This document shows, piece by piece, positions 36,297-46,870 of a DNA stretch of 64,000 nt. Every line of letters begins with the position of its first letter. Position 1 is the stretch's first letter. Both the position numbers and the translations under genes were made by a program. This stretch comes from Candidatus Omnitrophota bacterium (GTDB lineage Bacteria; Omnitrophota; Gorgyraeia; Duberdicusellales; 4484-171), in the NCBI GenBank assembly GCA_014729775.1, contig WJJJ01000025.1, forward strand, positions 53,790 to 117,789, read 5' to 3'. A model generated the notes under the pieces. That model worked only from the letters and a program-made list of their open reading frames with translations. It did no database searches and was not told the origin of the DNA.

Positions 36297-37652
36297 ATGA
36301 ACCCGGCAATCTCTCCGCACTCACTGGAAAAGATTCCTCCCCAGAATCTCGAAGCCGAAATGGCAACGCTGGGCGCCATGCTGATCAACGAGGAAAGTAT
36401 TCCCGAGGTGCTCGAAACCCTTACCGAAGACGCGTTTTATAAAGACGCGCACAGAATCATTTTTTCCGCCGTTATCGAACTGTTTGATCAGCGAAAAAAA
36501 GTAGATATTCTGACCGTTTCCGAAATGCTCAGCCGCAAGAAACTCCTCGAAGCGGCCGGCGGCGCCGCCTACCTAACCACGCTGTCCGATTTTGTGCCGA
36601 CCGCCGCGCACGCGGGGCATTACGCGCAAATCGTACGGGAAAAAAGCATTCTTCGTTTTCTTATCCACAATGCTACGCAAATCGTTTCTCTGGCGTATAA
36701 AGAGGAAGGAGAGGTTTCGGGAGTGCTCGACCGGGCGGAAAAATTGATATTCGAAATCAGCGACCGGCGGGTTGAAGGCGGCTACAGCCACATCAAGGAT
36801 ATCATCAAGGACGGTATTGAATTGATTGAATCGTTGTACCATAAAAAATCACATATTACCGGGATACCGACAGGATTTCGTGATTTTGACGTTCGTACCG
36901 CCGGTCTGCAAAAAGGAGATTTTATCGTAATGGCCGGCCGCCCATCTATGGGCAAAAGCGCGCTTGCGACTACAATCGCCGAGCATGTCGCGGTAAACGA
37001 GAAGCAGCCAGTCGTCATTTTCAGCCTGGAGATGTCGAAAGAACAGCTCATGCAGCGCTTCCTATGCTCTCAGGCTAAGGTGAACATTCAAAAATTGAGG
37101 ACCGGCTTTCTTGCGCCGTCGGAGTGGCCGGTGCTGACCAGTGCGGCCGGACGCCTTTCAGAGGCTCCGCTGTTTATAGATGATACTCCCGCGATGAGTA
37201 TCTTCGAACTGCGGGCGAAAGCCCGGCGCCTGAAAGCGCATCACGACATTAAACTCATTCTCGTCGATTACCTGCAGATGATGCGCGGACCCCGCAGGGG
37301 AGAAAGCCGTCAGCAGGAAATTTCCGAAATTTCGCAATCGCTGAAAGCCTTAGCAAAGGAATTGGCGGTGCCGGTGATCGGTCTCAGTCAGTTGTCCCGG
37401 GCGGTCGAGATGCGGACGGATCACCGGCCTCAATTATCCGATTTGCGTGAGTCCGGAGCGATTGAGCAGGATGCTGACGTGGTGGTGCTGCTGCTGCGGG
37501 AGGAATATTACGATCCGACACCTGAAAATAAAGGTATGGCGGAGGTGATCATCGCGAAACAAAGGAACGGTCCGGTGGGGAGTATTCATTTGGGGTTCAT
37601 GAAGGAATTCATGAAATTCGTGAATCTGTCGCGCGCAGGGGAGGAGGGTTGA
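36297..37652 (+). CDS. dnaB: Replicative DNA helicase
   Basis: PPQNLEAE, GRPSMGKS, FSLEM, VDYLQ, SDLRESGAIEQDAD, AKQRNGP; no intein. Confidence 0.98.
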   Translation: MNPAISPHSLEKIPPQNLEAEMATLGAMLINEESIPEVLETLTEDAFYKDAHRIIFSAVIELFDQRKKVDILTVSEMLSRKKLLEAAGGAAYLTTLSDFVPTAAHAGHYAQIVREKSILRFLIHNATQIVSLAYKEEGEVSGVLDRAEKLIFEISDRRVEGGYSHIKDIIKDGIELIESLYHKKSHITGIPTGFRDFDVRTAGLQKGDFIVMAGRPSMGKSALATTIAEHVAVNEKQPVVIFSLEMSKEQLMQRFLCSQAKVNIQKLRTGFLAPSEWPVLTSAAGRLSEAPLFIDDTPAMSIFELRAKARRLKAHHDIKLILVDYLQMMRGPRRGESRQQEISEISQSLKALAKELAVPVIGLSQLSRAVEMRTDHRPQLSDLRESGAIEQDADVVVLLLREEYYDPTPENKGMAEVIIAKQRNGPVGSIHLGFMKEFMKFVNLSRAGEEG

Positions 37653-39958
37653 CTTTGAAAATCAAAACGCTTATAATACCTGAAATGAAAAACGTTCTTA
37701 TCCTGTTTTTGAGCGTACTGGTGCTTTTTCCCTTCTCCGGCACCGCGCAGAACACCGTGTCCCGCATCGAAATCCAAGGTAACTCCATCGTCAGTGACGC
37801 GACGATTATTTCCAAAATCAAGAGCCGTGCAGGCCAGCCGGTAAGCGAAAACGTCGTCAACCAGGATATCAAGAACCTCATTGCCACCGGTTTTTTTGAA
37901 ACGGTGGAAGTCAATACCCGTCAGGGAGACGACGGACAGATATTGGTTTTTTCCGTCCAGGAGAAACCCGTGCTGGACGAGCTCAGGATCGAAGGAGCGC
38001 GCCGGATCAGAGCCAGAACGATAAAAGAAACGATCCAGTTGAAGGAAGGCAGTTTCATCGACGAGTACCGGCTCGAAGAAGCGGTGCGTAAGATCGAAGA
38101 TCTCTATGCGCAAAAAGGTTTCTCTCAGGCCCAGGCCGAATATTCATTGCGGTCGGAGGATGCCGGCCAAACTGTGGTCAATATTACCATAAACGAAAGC
38201 GAAGTGCGGAAAGTCCGGAAGGTCACGATTGCAGGAAATGAGGAGTTTTCCGATGCACGGATCCTCAAACTGATGAAGACACGTCCGGCGTGGCTTTTCA
38301 ACAAGGGCCTGTTCAAGGAAGCGCAGTTGAAGGATGATGTGAGCCGTATCAAGGATTTTTATCTTCAGCACGGGTTCAGCGACGCAGAGGTTTCGGCTGA
38401 AACTGAGAAAAAGACCGAAGGCATATACGTCACGATATCCGTCAAAGAAGGTCCTCAGTATTTTATCGGAGAGGTGGAAATTAAAGGAAACGAAATGGTT
38501 TCGACCGGGGAACTGCGTCAGTCACTGGTGCATACGCAAGGAGACGTGTTCAGCGAAACTGCCCTGTATGAAGATGCCGCGAATTTGAAAGGTGTATATG
38601 TTGACAAGGGGTATATTTTTGCGAACGTCGAGCCGTTGAGCATATATGATCCCCAAACGGAACGGATTCAGATCACCTATCGCGTGACCGAGAATGAAAT
38701 CGCCTATCTGGAGCAAATAAATATACAAGGAAACGAAAAAACCAAGGACGAAGTGATCCGGAGGGAACTGCGCGTGTATCCGGGCGATAAGTTCGACGGG
38801 GAAAAGCTTCGTCGCAGCAAGGAGCGGCTTGACAACCTCGGTTTTTTTGAGGAAGTAACGGTGGATACCGAACCCGGATCCAAGCCGAATTGGGTTGATT
38901 TGGTCTTTGACGTAAAAGAAGCGAAGACCGGATACGTGAGTTTCGGCGGCGGATACAGTTCAATCGATGAATTCATCGGCTTTATGGAGATCCGGCAGCG
39001 GAATTTCGACTATCAGAACTGGAAAACGTTTACCGGGGCCGGACAGGATCTGAGTCTCAATATGAGTTTGGGTACCATCACCGACCGCTACCAGTTAAGC
39101 TTCACCAATCCCTGGATTTTCGATCAGCCTCTTTCCTTTGGATTTGACGCCTACAAAAAGGGACACGATCAAGAGGACGATGTCGGGTACGCCTACGAGG
39201 AAGATATACGCGGAGGAGTACTGAGATTATCGCGCGAATTCGGTGAACGGGTCAAGGCCGGAGTCGCGTATCGCTTTGAGCGGGTCGAGATTAGCGATGT
39301 GGTGGATGACGCGACCCAGGCGCTGAAAGACGAAGCAGGAGAAAATGATTTGAGTACGGGAGAATTTCACCTTAGTTACGACACCCGAAATAGCGTGTTT
39401 ACGCCCTCCCGGGGAATATATGTGACAAACACCCTTCAGCTTACGGGCTCCGTGCTGGGCGGAGACCGCGATTTCGTGAAGTATTTCGTGCGCGGGAGTA
39501 AATATTTTCCGTTGTTCCACGATTCGGTTCTTGAAATTCGGGGCAGAGTGGGATTCGGAGACACCATTGACAGTACCGATAAAATCCCGATATATGAACG
39601 TTTTTTTGCCGGTGGCGCCTCCACTATCCGTGGATACCAGGAACGAAAAGTCGGGCCGATCGATGCGGTGACCGACGATCCCGTCGGAGGAGAAGCGCTT
39701 TTCGTAGCGAATATCGAATACACCTATCCGCTGGTCGAGGATTTTTTGAAACTGGCGACATTTTTTGATACCGGCAATGTCTGGGCGGAGAATCAGGATT
39801 TTCTTGACGGGGACCTTAAATCAAGCGTCGGTCTCGGTTTTCGGGTCAAAACTCCCCTGGGGCCGGTGAGTGTCGATTACGGCTGGCCGCTTGACGTGGA
39901 ACCGGGGGAAGAAGACAAGGAAGGACGGTTCCATTTCAACATCAGCCGGGGATTCTAG
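37649..39958 (+). CDS. bamA: Outer membrane protein assembly factor BamA
   Basis: POTRA repeats (GNEKTKDEVIRRE), GGASTIRGY, TPLGP, terminal F. Confidence 0.96.
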   Translation: MTLKIKTLIIPEMKNVLILFLSVLVLFPFSGTAQNTVSRIEIQGNSIVSDATIISKIKSRAGQPVSENVVNQDIKNLIATGFFETVEVNTRQGDDGQILVFSVQEKPVLDELRIEGARRIRARTIKETIQLKEGSFIDEYRLEEAVRKIEDLYAQKGFSQAQAEYSLRSEDAGQTVVNITINESEVRKVRKVTIAGNEEFSDARILKLMKTRPAWLFNKGLFKEAQLKDDVSRIKDFYLQHGFSDAEVSAETEKKTEGIYVTISVKEGPQYFIGEVEIKGNEMVSTGELRQSLVHTQGDVFSETALYEDAANLKGVYVDKGYIFANVEPLSIYDPQTERIQITYRVTENEIAYLEQINIQGNEKTKDEVIRRELRVYPGDKFDGEKLRRSKERLDNLGFFEEVTVDTEPGSKPNWVDLVFDVKEAKTGYVSFGGGYSSIDEFIGFMEIRQRNFDYQNWKTFTGAGQDLSLNMSLGTITDRYQLSFTNPWIFDQPLSFGFDAYKKGHDQEDDVGYAYEEDIRGGVLRLSREFGERVKAGVAYRFERVEISDVVDDATQALKDEAGENDLSTGEFHLSYDTRNSVFTPSRGIYVTNTLQLTGSVLGGDRDFVKYFVRGSKYFPLFHDSVLEIRGRVGFGDTIDSTDKIPIYERFFAGGASTIRGYQERKVGPIDAVTDDPVGGEALFVANIEYTYPLVEDFLKLATFFDTGNVWAENQDFLDGDLKSSVGLGFRVKTPLGPVSVDYGWPLDVEPGEEDKEGRFHFNISRGF

Positions 39959-40007
39959 TCGGAATGAGCCATATTTTACGGAGGAATGAGTTAAAGGAGG
40001 CAATCGA

Positions 40008-40520
40008 ATGAAAAGAATAGTAGTGATGCTGATCGGCATGTGTGTGATCGCCGGAGTACCGTGGTGCGGATCCGCCGATGCGAAGGATATGAAGATAGGG
40101 TATGTCGATGTGTTTAAAGTATTTAATGAATACGAAAAAACAAAGGAATACGACGCAGTACTGGAAAAGAAAAAAGAAGAAAAGGAAGCCCAGCTGCAGG
40201 AGAAGAAGGAAAAGATCGAACAGATGCAGAATAAGTTGAGCATGATGAAAGAAAAGGAACAAGGGACCCAGCGGGAAAAGATCGCCGAGGCAGTAAAAGA
40301 ATTCAAATCTATCGAACGTGAATCATTTATCGATCTGAAGAAAACCAGGGACGAACGCATGAAAGAAATCGTCGAAGATATTGATAAGGTCGTCGAGGAA
40401 TTCGCCCAGGAAGAAGGGTATGACTTGATCGTGAACGGCAACGCGGTCCTTTACGGAAGCGGAAATTTGGATATAACCGACCAGATACTCAAAAAGGTGA
40501 ACCAGCGATACGGACGTTAA
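40008..40520 (+). CDS. skp: Periplasmic chaperone Skp/OmpH
   Basis: Signal peptide, KIGYVD, coiled coil, GYDLI..VLY..DITD. Confidence 0.93.
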   Translation: MKRIVVMLIGMCVIAGVPWCGSADAKDMKIGYVDVFKVFNEYEKTKEYDAVLEKKKEEKEAQLQEKKEKIEQMQNKLSMMKEKEQGTQREKIAEAVKEFKSIERESFIDLKKTRDERMKEIVEDIDKVVEEFAQEEGYDLIVNGNAVLYGSGNLDITDQILKKVNQRYGR

Positions 40521-40541
40521 TCGGGCGGTGGAGAGTAAAGA

Positions 40542-41585
40542 GTGAAGTATACGCTGGGACAGATCAATGAGATGATCCAGGGCGCGCTGGTCGGGGATCC
40601 TCAAGTGCTGATTACCGGTATCTCCGGCATTAAGGAGGCCAGACAAGGGGACATTACCTTTCTCGCCAATTCGAAATACCTGCCTCTGATGAATTCTACC
40701 AAAGCGTCGGCGATTATTGTTTCGCGGGAGATTGAACAGTCTTCTAAACCGATCATTCAGACGGAAAACCCGTCATTGGCGTTCGCGAAAGTAGTGAATA
40801 TCGTGGCGCCCAACGACATGAGCCATCCTAAAGGAATCCATCCTACGGCGGTCATCTCTCCGAATGCCCGTTTAGGAAAAAACGTTTCCGTAGGAGCCTA
40901 TACGATCATCGAGAGCGAGTGTGAGATCGGAGACGGGAGCATCATTTACGGAGGGTGTTTTTTAGGGCGTGAGGTGCGGATCGGCAAGGATTGTCTGGTA
41001 TACCCGCACGTTTCCATTCGCGAGGGAATCCGTCTGGGCAACCGGGTAATCGTACACTCCGGAGCGGTGATCGGCAGTGATGGTTTTGGATTTGCCACCG
41101 TAAAGGGGATGCAGGAAAAAATTCCTCAAATCGGGACGGTGGAAATCGAGGATGACGTGGAGATCGGTTCTAACGTGACGATTGACCGGGCGAGGTTTGA
41201 TACGACTCATATCGGTCGCGGGACCAAAATCGATAATTTGGTGCAGATTGCTCATAACGTGCATATCGGAGAGAATTGTATTATCGTAGCCCAGGCGGGG
41301 ATTTCGGGAAGCACGACCCTCGGCAAGGGCGTGATACTCGCCGGTCAGGCGGGAGTAGTCGGACATATTCAAATCGGCGACGGCGCCATTGTTGCTGCGC
41401 AGGCCGGAGTTACTAAAGCCGTTCCGGCAGGGACAAAAGTGTCCGGCTATCCGGCAAAGCCTCATGGGGAAGCAAAGCGGGTCAATGCCTGCATGCAGCG
41501 TCTGCCGCAGTTACACAAAAGGATCAAAGAACTGGAAGAGAAAATTTCACAACTGGAGAAACGATTAGAGGAGCATGATGGATAA
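40542..41585 (+). CDS. lpxD: UDP-3-O-acylglucosamine N-acyltransferase
   Basis: Hexapeptide repeats, GSDGFGF, TIDR, KIDNLVQIAHNV. Confidence 0.97.
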   Translation: MKYTLGQINEMIQGALVGDPQVLITGISGIKEARQGDITFLANSKYLPLMNSTKASAIIVSREIEQSSKPIIQTENPSLAFAKVVNIVAPNDMSHPKGIHPTAVISPNARLGKNVSVGAYTIIESECEIGDGSIIYGGCFLGREVRIGKDCLVYPHVSIREGIRLGNRVIVHSGAVIGSDGFGFATVKGMQEKIPQIGTVEIEDDVEIGSNVTIDRARFDTTHIGRGTKIDNLVQIAHNVHIGENCIIVAQAGISGSTTLGKGVILAGQAGVVGHIQIGDGAIVAAQAGVTKAVPAGTKVSGYPAKPHGEAKRVNACMQRLPQLHKRIKELEEKISQLEKRLEEHDG

Positions 41586-42891
41586 ACAACGCACGGTATC
41601 TCAACCGATTCATTGTGAAGGTGTGGGGCTGCACACCGGCGAAAAATCCCGTCTGGAAATAGTCCCATCGGCGCCGAATGCGGGTATTACCTTTTCCCGG
41701 AGGGATATCGCTTCCGGGCTGATCAAAGCAGATTTCTATTCGGTGCTGGACACGACGAAATTTCCGCGCCGGACTTCCATCGGCACGCAGGATTCATACA
41801 TTCATACCATTGAGCATCTTATGGCTGCATTTCATATTCTTCATATCGATAACGCGCACGTAAATATCTGGGGAGAGGAAGTGCCCGGATTGGACGGGAG
41901 CGCGAAAGGATTCGTGGACCGCATTACCGAGGCGGGAACCGGCGAACAGAGCGCGCCGCGGAATTATCTCACGCTGCGGGAACCGCTTTGGGTAGAAGAC
42001 GGGGAATCCCGTATCATGCTCTTTCCGCACAACGGTTTGCGTATATCCTACGCTCTGAAATACGATAATCCTTTGATCGGCGCCGGATATGTGGACGTTG
42101 ATCTTACCCGGCCCCTGCCCGATAATTTTTACGAAGCCCGCACGTTTTGCCTGGAGGAAGAAGTCCAGCCTCTTCTTGATATGGGGTTGGGAAAAGGATC
42201 GAATTACGAGAACACACTGGTGGTTTCGAATAAAGGAATTAAAAACAACCGAATTCGTCTGGATGACGAATTCATTAAACACAAACTGCTTGATCTGGTC
42301 GGTGATCTGTATCTGGCCGGTCCGATCAAAGCCCATATTTTTGCCGTTCGCAGCGGGCATAAATTGAATATTAAACTGCTGGAGAAGTTGCGGAAATACA
42401 AAGAAAAAGTGATCAGCGGCGGCGTGGGGTCGCAAACCGGTTTTATCCCCGAAGGAAACGAACTGAAAGCGGAAGAGATCATGAAGATTCTTCCGCATCG
42501 CTATCCGTTCCTGCTTGTGGACAGAATCAGCTATCTTGACCGGGGAAAACGCGCGGTGGGCATTAAATGCGTGACGATGAACGAATATTTCTTTCAGGGA
42601 CACTTTCCCGGCCGTCCGGTAATGCCCGGAGTATTGATGATCGAGGCGATGGCCCAGGTGGGAGGGGTATTGATGCTCGCCTGCGAAGAACATAAAGGGA
42701 AATTAGCGTTTTTCATGGCGGCTGATAAAGTGAAATTCCGCAAGACAGTTGAACCGGGAGATTGTCTTACGATCGAAGTCGTGGCCGGTAAAGTGAAGAA
42801 AAAGACCGGCACCGTTCATGCCAAAACGTACGTGCAGAATAAGGTTGTTGCCGAAGCGGAATTGATGTTCGCGCTGGTCGGCGCGGCATAG
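41575..42891 (+). CDS. lpxC-fabZ: Bifunctional LpxC deacetylase / FabZ dehydratase
   Basis: GVGLHTG, TIEHLMAA, ARTF, HKLLDLVGD; then LPHRYPFLLVDRI, GHFPG.PVMPGVL.IEAMAQ. Confidence 0.96.
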   Translation: MMDKQRTVSQPIHCEGVGLHTGEKSRLEIVPSAPNAGITFSRRDIASGLIKADFYSVLDTTKFPRRTSIGTQDSYIHTIEHLMAAFHILHIDNAHVNIWGEEVPGLDGSAKGFVDRITEAGTGEQSAPRNYLTLREPLWVEDGESRIMLFPHNGLRISYALKYDNPLIGAGYVDVDLTRPLPDNFYEARTFCLEEEVQPLLDMGLGKGSNYENTLVVSNKGIKNNRIRLDDEFIKHKLLDLVGDLYLAGPIKAHIFAVRSGHKLNIKLLEKLRKYKEKVISGGVGSQTGFIPEGNELKAEEIMKILPHRYPFLLVDRISYLDRGKRAVGIKCVTMNEYFFQGHFPGRPVMPGVLMIEAMAQVGGVLMLACEEHKGKLAFFMAADKVKFRKTVEPGDCLTIEVVAGKVKKKTGTVHAKTYVQNKVVAEAELMFALVGAA

Positions 42892-42930
42892 GATCTTTTC
42901 TTTCCCGACGGATCATTCCTTCCTTTTTCG

Positions 42931-42958
42931 TTGTCCGCCGGTCATTTTTTGATATAAT
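42931..42958 (+). promoter_or_regulatory. Sigma70 promoter for lpxA-lpxI
   Basis: TTGTCC-16 nt-TATAAT with TGn extension. Confidence 0.55.
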
Positions 42959-42982
42959 GTATTTTGTGATACCCAGAGACCT

Positions 42983-43771
42983 ATGCCTGTTGAAATTCAC
43001 CCCACAGCAATGGTGCATGAAAACGCCCTCCTCCAGGACGGAGTGTGCGTCGGGCCTCACGCGATCGTCGGTCCGGATGTGTCGATAGGTGCCGGAACGA
43101 GTCTCGCGGCTTTCGCTCAGGTGATCGGACATACCGAAATCGGCAGATCCTGCCAGATATTCTCCTACGCCGTAATCGGCAGCATCCCGCAGGACCTGAA
43201 ATACAAAGGAGAACGTTCCTACCTGAAAATAGGCGATTACAACCGTATCAGGGAATTCGTGACCGTGAATCCCGGTACCGAAAGGGACGCGGTAACCCGC
43301 ATCGGGAACGGGAATCTGCTCATGGCCTATTCCCATATTGCGCACGATTGCGTAATAGGGAACAATAATATTCTCGCCAATAACGCCACGCTGGCCGGTT
43401 ACGTGACCATCGAAGACAAGGCGGTTATCGGTGGACTCGCGGCAGTACATCAATTCTGCCGTATCGGCGCTTACTCCATCGTCGGGGGATGCTCAAAGGT
43501 CGTCCAGGATATTCCGCCCTATTCGATGTGCGACGGTCATCCGGCAAAAGTGCACGGATTGAACCTGGTTGGTCTCAGGCGAGCGTCGATGCCGACGGCA
43601 ACCGTCCAGGCGTTAAAAAAAGCATTCAAAATACTTTTTTTCGAACAGCATTCCTATTCCCAGGGCGCAAAAAAGATTCGTGGCGAAGGTCCGTGCGTGC
43701 CGGAAGTGGAGAGTCTGCTGAAATTCGTGGCGGAATCCAAGCGGGGGATCAACAAAAGGCACGCAGCGTGA
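42983..43771 (+). CDS. lpxA: UDP-GlcNAc O-acyltransferase
   Basis: IHPTA, PQDLKY.GE, HIAHDC, VHQFCRIG, GLNLVGLRR. Confidence 0.97.
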   Translation: MPVEIHPTAMVHENALLQDGVCVGPHAIVGPDVSIGAGTSLAAFAQVIGHTEIGRSCQIFSYAVIGSIPQDLKYKGERSYLKIGDYNRIREFVTVNPGTERDAVTRIGNGNLLMAYSHIAHDCVIGNNNILANNATLAGYVTIEDKAVIGGLAAVHQFCRIGAYSIVGGCSKVVQDIPPYSMCDGHPAKVHGLNLVGLRRASMPTATVQALKKAFKILFFEQHSYSQGAKKIRGEGPCVPEVESLLKFVAESKRGINKRHAA

Positions 43772-43772
43772 C

Positions 43773-44609
43773 ATGACTGCGAAAACAAAGATCGGGATCA
43801 TTGCCGGGAACCGTTTACTGCCGGTTGTTCTTGCCGCGGCAATCCGGCGGCAATGTCCTGAGTGTGAGATTATCGCGCTGTGCTTTCGGGGAGAGACTTC
43901 CTCACGGATCAAACGATTTGCTGACCGGACTCATTGGCTCGTGCCCGGCCATCTCGCCCGCTTAATCCATCTCTTGAAAAAATACGACCTTACCCGCTGT
44001 ATCCTGGCGGGGCAAATTTCCCCATTGAGAATTTTTCAGCCGCGGTACTGGGATAGGGCATTCCGCGAGTTGGTGGACCAAATCGAGGATTTTCGTCCGC
44101 ATACGGTTTTTTCTGGCTTAATTCACAGACTGGAACAGGAAGGGATCGTCTTTCTCGATTCGACGGAGTATCTGCGGGATCTGCTCGCTCATCCGGGTCC
44201 CATGAACAAAATGATACCGGATGCACATCTGCAGCGTGATATTGTGTTCGGTTCCCGCGTGGCGGCGCGCTACGTGGAGCTTGATATCGGGCAAACCCTG
44301 GTAGTGAAAAATAAGACCGTTGCCGCCCTCGAATCGCTGGAGGGGACTGACCGTACGCTGATCCGGGGGGCTCGGCTGGCCGGCCGCAATTGCGTCGCAG
44401 TAAAATACAGCCGAAAGCATCAGGATCTACGGTTTGACGTGCCGGTTATCGGACTGCGGACGTTGCGCGTGCTGCGCCGTATGCGGGCCGGCGCGTGCGT
44501 ACTGGAAGCCGGCCGGGTTATTATGCTGGAAAAACCAAAGTTTCTGCGCGCAGCCGCACGTTACGGGATCCCCGTGGTGGGTACGGAAGCAGGAGCAGGT
44601 GATGGCTAA
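43773..44609 (+). CDS. lpxI: UDP-2,3-diacylglucosamine diphosphatase LpxI
   Basis: GIIAG..LP, DIGQT, E..EGTD, QDLRFDVPVIG; follows lpxA. Confidence 0.9.
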   Translation: MTAKTKIGIIAGNRLLPVVLAAAIRRQCPECEIIALCFRGETSSRIKRFADRTHWLVPGHLARLIHLLKKYDLTRCILAGQISPLRIFQPRYWDRAFRELVDQIEDFRPHTVFSGLIHRLEQEGIVFLDSTEYLRDLLAHPGPMNKMIPDAHLQRDIVFGSRVAARYVELDIGQTLVVKNKTVAALESLEGTDRTLIRGARLAGRNCVAVKYSRKHQDLRFDVPVIGLRTLRVLRRMRAGACVLEAGRVIMLEKPKFLRAAARYGIPVVGTEAGAGDG

Positions 44610-46506
44610 ATACCCGCAGGTGCTCTTGTGGGCAGCTGCCCTCTGTCTGACGGTGCTTCCCGGTGAGGGATACGGTCAGAAAAAGCCTTCACATCTGAAT
44701 CTGGCTTTATTATTCAAGGAGAACGGAGAATACGTCCGCGCCGCGCAAATACTTGACCGTGCGCAAGAGGATGATACTCCGGAAGTTCTCCGGATACGGG
44801 CGGAGGTCGCGGTGATGAGCGGTGATCCCCGGACGGCGTTGGAGTACTATGCCCTCCTGCCGCGCCGGGAATGGTATGACCATATTTATCAGGGGTTGGC
44901 CTATGAACAGCTCGACGCGCCGGAGCGCGCCTGCCGTGCATACGAAGAATCGCTCGGAAAGAAACGGTCATCGATTCCTCTCTACCGCCTGGCCAAACTT
45001 CATCTGCGGAAAAAAAGATACGCCGCTGCCAGAAAATATTTTCAGGAACTGTTGGACCTTGATCCCAGTTACCGGATCGCCTATTATCATTTAGGCCGCA
45101 TTTTCCTGAGGGAAAAGGAGTACGCGTCGGCATACCGGATGCTTTCCAAAGCGGTTCGTTTCTTCCCGGAACGGGATCCGGCCGAGACGGCGCTGGCCGA
45201 GGCCAGGACGGGATTGGGCGAAGAGTATTTTCGCGCACGGAAAAAGGAGAAAACCGCAAAAAGAAAAAAGATAGAGATACCGGATTATCTGCCTCATACC
45301 GGAAAAATGGTACGGGTGGGGCTCGCAGAGGGACTCGAAACGCTTACCTTGCGCTGCGGACGCGCCTGTATTTTTTCCGACGGTACCCGGCAATTTACCG
45401 GGTCATCAGGGGTGTTCTACACCCTGGAAACCCGCCGCGGCGGGCTCATTCTGCGTCCGGCCGAAACCCAGACAATCCTGACGCGTTTCAGCGGACCAGT
45501 GACGGTCCGTTCATCACAGTCCGAAAGAGGAGAGCGATCGTTGTTTTACCTGTTCGACGTGATCTACGGCCGGGACGCCTATTGGCACAAGCGGATTGAC
45601 CGGATGTACCGGGGAAATCTGCGCGTGATCCCCCGGGGCAAGACCTTCACCGTAGTAAACCACCTGACTCGTCAGGAATACCTGTACGGAGTACTGCCCG
45701 CCGAAATCCTGTCCGGTTCTCCGGTCGAAGCGCTCAGAGCGCAATCGGTTGCCGCCAGAACGATTGCCAGCCGGAATCTCGGCCGCCACGAAAAACAGGG
45801 GTACGACTTTTGCGCTGATACCCATTGCCAGGTCTATCAGGGATATTCGCACGAAACGGACCGCACCAATCGAGCGGTTGACGCGACGCGGAATGAAGTG
45901 CTCTATTTCGGGTCCGAGCCCATTGAAACACTGTACCATTCAAATTGCGGAGGATGCGTACGGTCTGATGCCTACGGAAAAAGAAAGTATTTCGCGCATG
46001 CGTTCGATTTCGACAACGGCAGGTATAAGGGGCTCACTCCCGGCGAATTCACTCCATTTTTGGAAGAGCTTTGGTTTTACGAAGAACCAAAAGCCTTTTC
46101 TTACCGGCAAAGCACCAAATATCGCTGGCAGAGAGCCTATGACGCCGAAGATTACCGATTCGCGTTCGGTGATGATTTGAGGAATGTGCGTATTCGTACT
46201 GGAGAAAAGGATGAATGTTTTCATCACGATACGCTGGAAATCACGAGTGGCGGCGAACAGGTTACGGTAAGGGGGGACTGGAGAATAAGGAAATACTTTC
46301 AGGGGTTACGATCGAGCGCGTTCAAGTTCGAGCAGGTCAGGTTTCCTTCCGATGCCGATGCGGTCCTGCTGTTCTGGGGAGCCGGATTCGGCCACGGAAC
46401 GGGCCTGTGTCAGGACGGGGCAGTGGGAATGGCCAGCCAAGGTTTCTCCTACGAGAAGATTCTTACCCACTATTATCCCCATACCCGGTTGATTAAGGAA
46501 GAGTAA
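44602..46506 (+). CDS. TPR + SpoIID/LytB peptidoglycan lytic transglycosylase
   Basis: Signal peptide, TPRs, EYLYGVLPAE, EALRAQSVAART, CQVYQG, GFGHGTGLCQ, ILTHYYP. Confidence 0.92.
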   Translation: MAKYPQVLLWAAALCLTVLPGEGYGQKKPSHLNLALLFKENGEYVRAAQILDRAQEDDTPEVLRIRAEVAVMSGDPRTALEYYALLPRREWYDHIYQGLAYEQLDAPERACRAYEESLGKKRSSIPLYRLAKLHLRKKRYAAARKYFQELLDLDPSYRIAYYHLGRIFLREKEYASAYRMLSKAVRFFPERDPAETALAEARTGLGEEYFRARKKEKTAKRKKIEIPDYLPHTGKMVRVGLAEGLETLTLRCGRACIFSDGTRQFTGSSGVFYTLETRRGGLILRPAETQTILTRFSGPVTVRSSQSERGERSLFYLFDVIYGRDAYWHKRIDRMYRGNLRVIPRGKTFTVVNHLTRQEYLYGVLPAEILSGSPVEALRAQSVAARTIASRNLGRHEKQGYDFCADTHCQVYQGYSHETDRTNRAVDATRNEVLYFGSEPIETLYHSNCGGCVRSDAYGKRKYFAHAFDFDNGRYKGLTPGEFTPFLEELWFYEEPKAFSYRQSTKYRWQRAYDAEDYRFAFGDDLRNVRIRTGEKDECFHHDTLEITSGGEQVTVRGDWRIRKYFQGLRSSAFKFEQVRFPSDADAVLLFWGAGFGHGTGLCQDGAVGMASQGFSYEKILTHYYPHTRLIKEE

Positions 46507-46870
46507 TCGCGAGAATTCTGGGGAGGAATAACAGGATGCCCACGCATATCGCGCCGGCGCACACTACGAGGACCGCGCCGGAAGCAATATCCTTGATGAT
46601 CTTGATCCGGGGATCGGTTTCGGGATTGATCATGTCACAGAGGTATTCGACGACCGTGTTAAAGACTTCGGATACGAATACGGTGAGAATGACGAGCAGG
46701 AGAATGACCATTTCCAGAAGCGAACAGCGAAGCCATATCGCGAATACATATACCGCGAATCCGATCAGAAAAATGATCCGGGCGTTGCGTTCGGTGCGTA
46801 CGACGATCAAGAGTCCACGCAGCGCGCTGAGGAGACTTTCCCGAATGGTGTGATGATGCCAGCTTTTCAT
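46493..46870 (-). CDS. dgkA: Diacylglycerol/undecaprenol kinase family
   Basis: ERNARI, E.FNT.VE.LCD, IKDIASGAVL. Confidence 0.9.
   Translation of the reverse strand: MKSWHHHTIRESLLSALRGLLIVVRTERNARIIFLIGFAVYVFAIWLRCSLLEMVILLLVILTVFVSEVFNTVVEYLCDMINPETDPRIKIIKDIASGAVLVVCAGAICVGILLFLPRILAITLP

Noticed and set aside
41575-42891. LpxC-FabZ fusion as a novelty
   Set aside because: Already well known from Bacteroidota, Chlorobi and other lineages.
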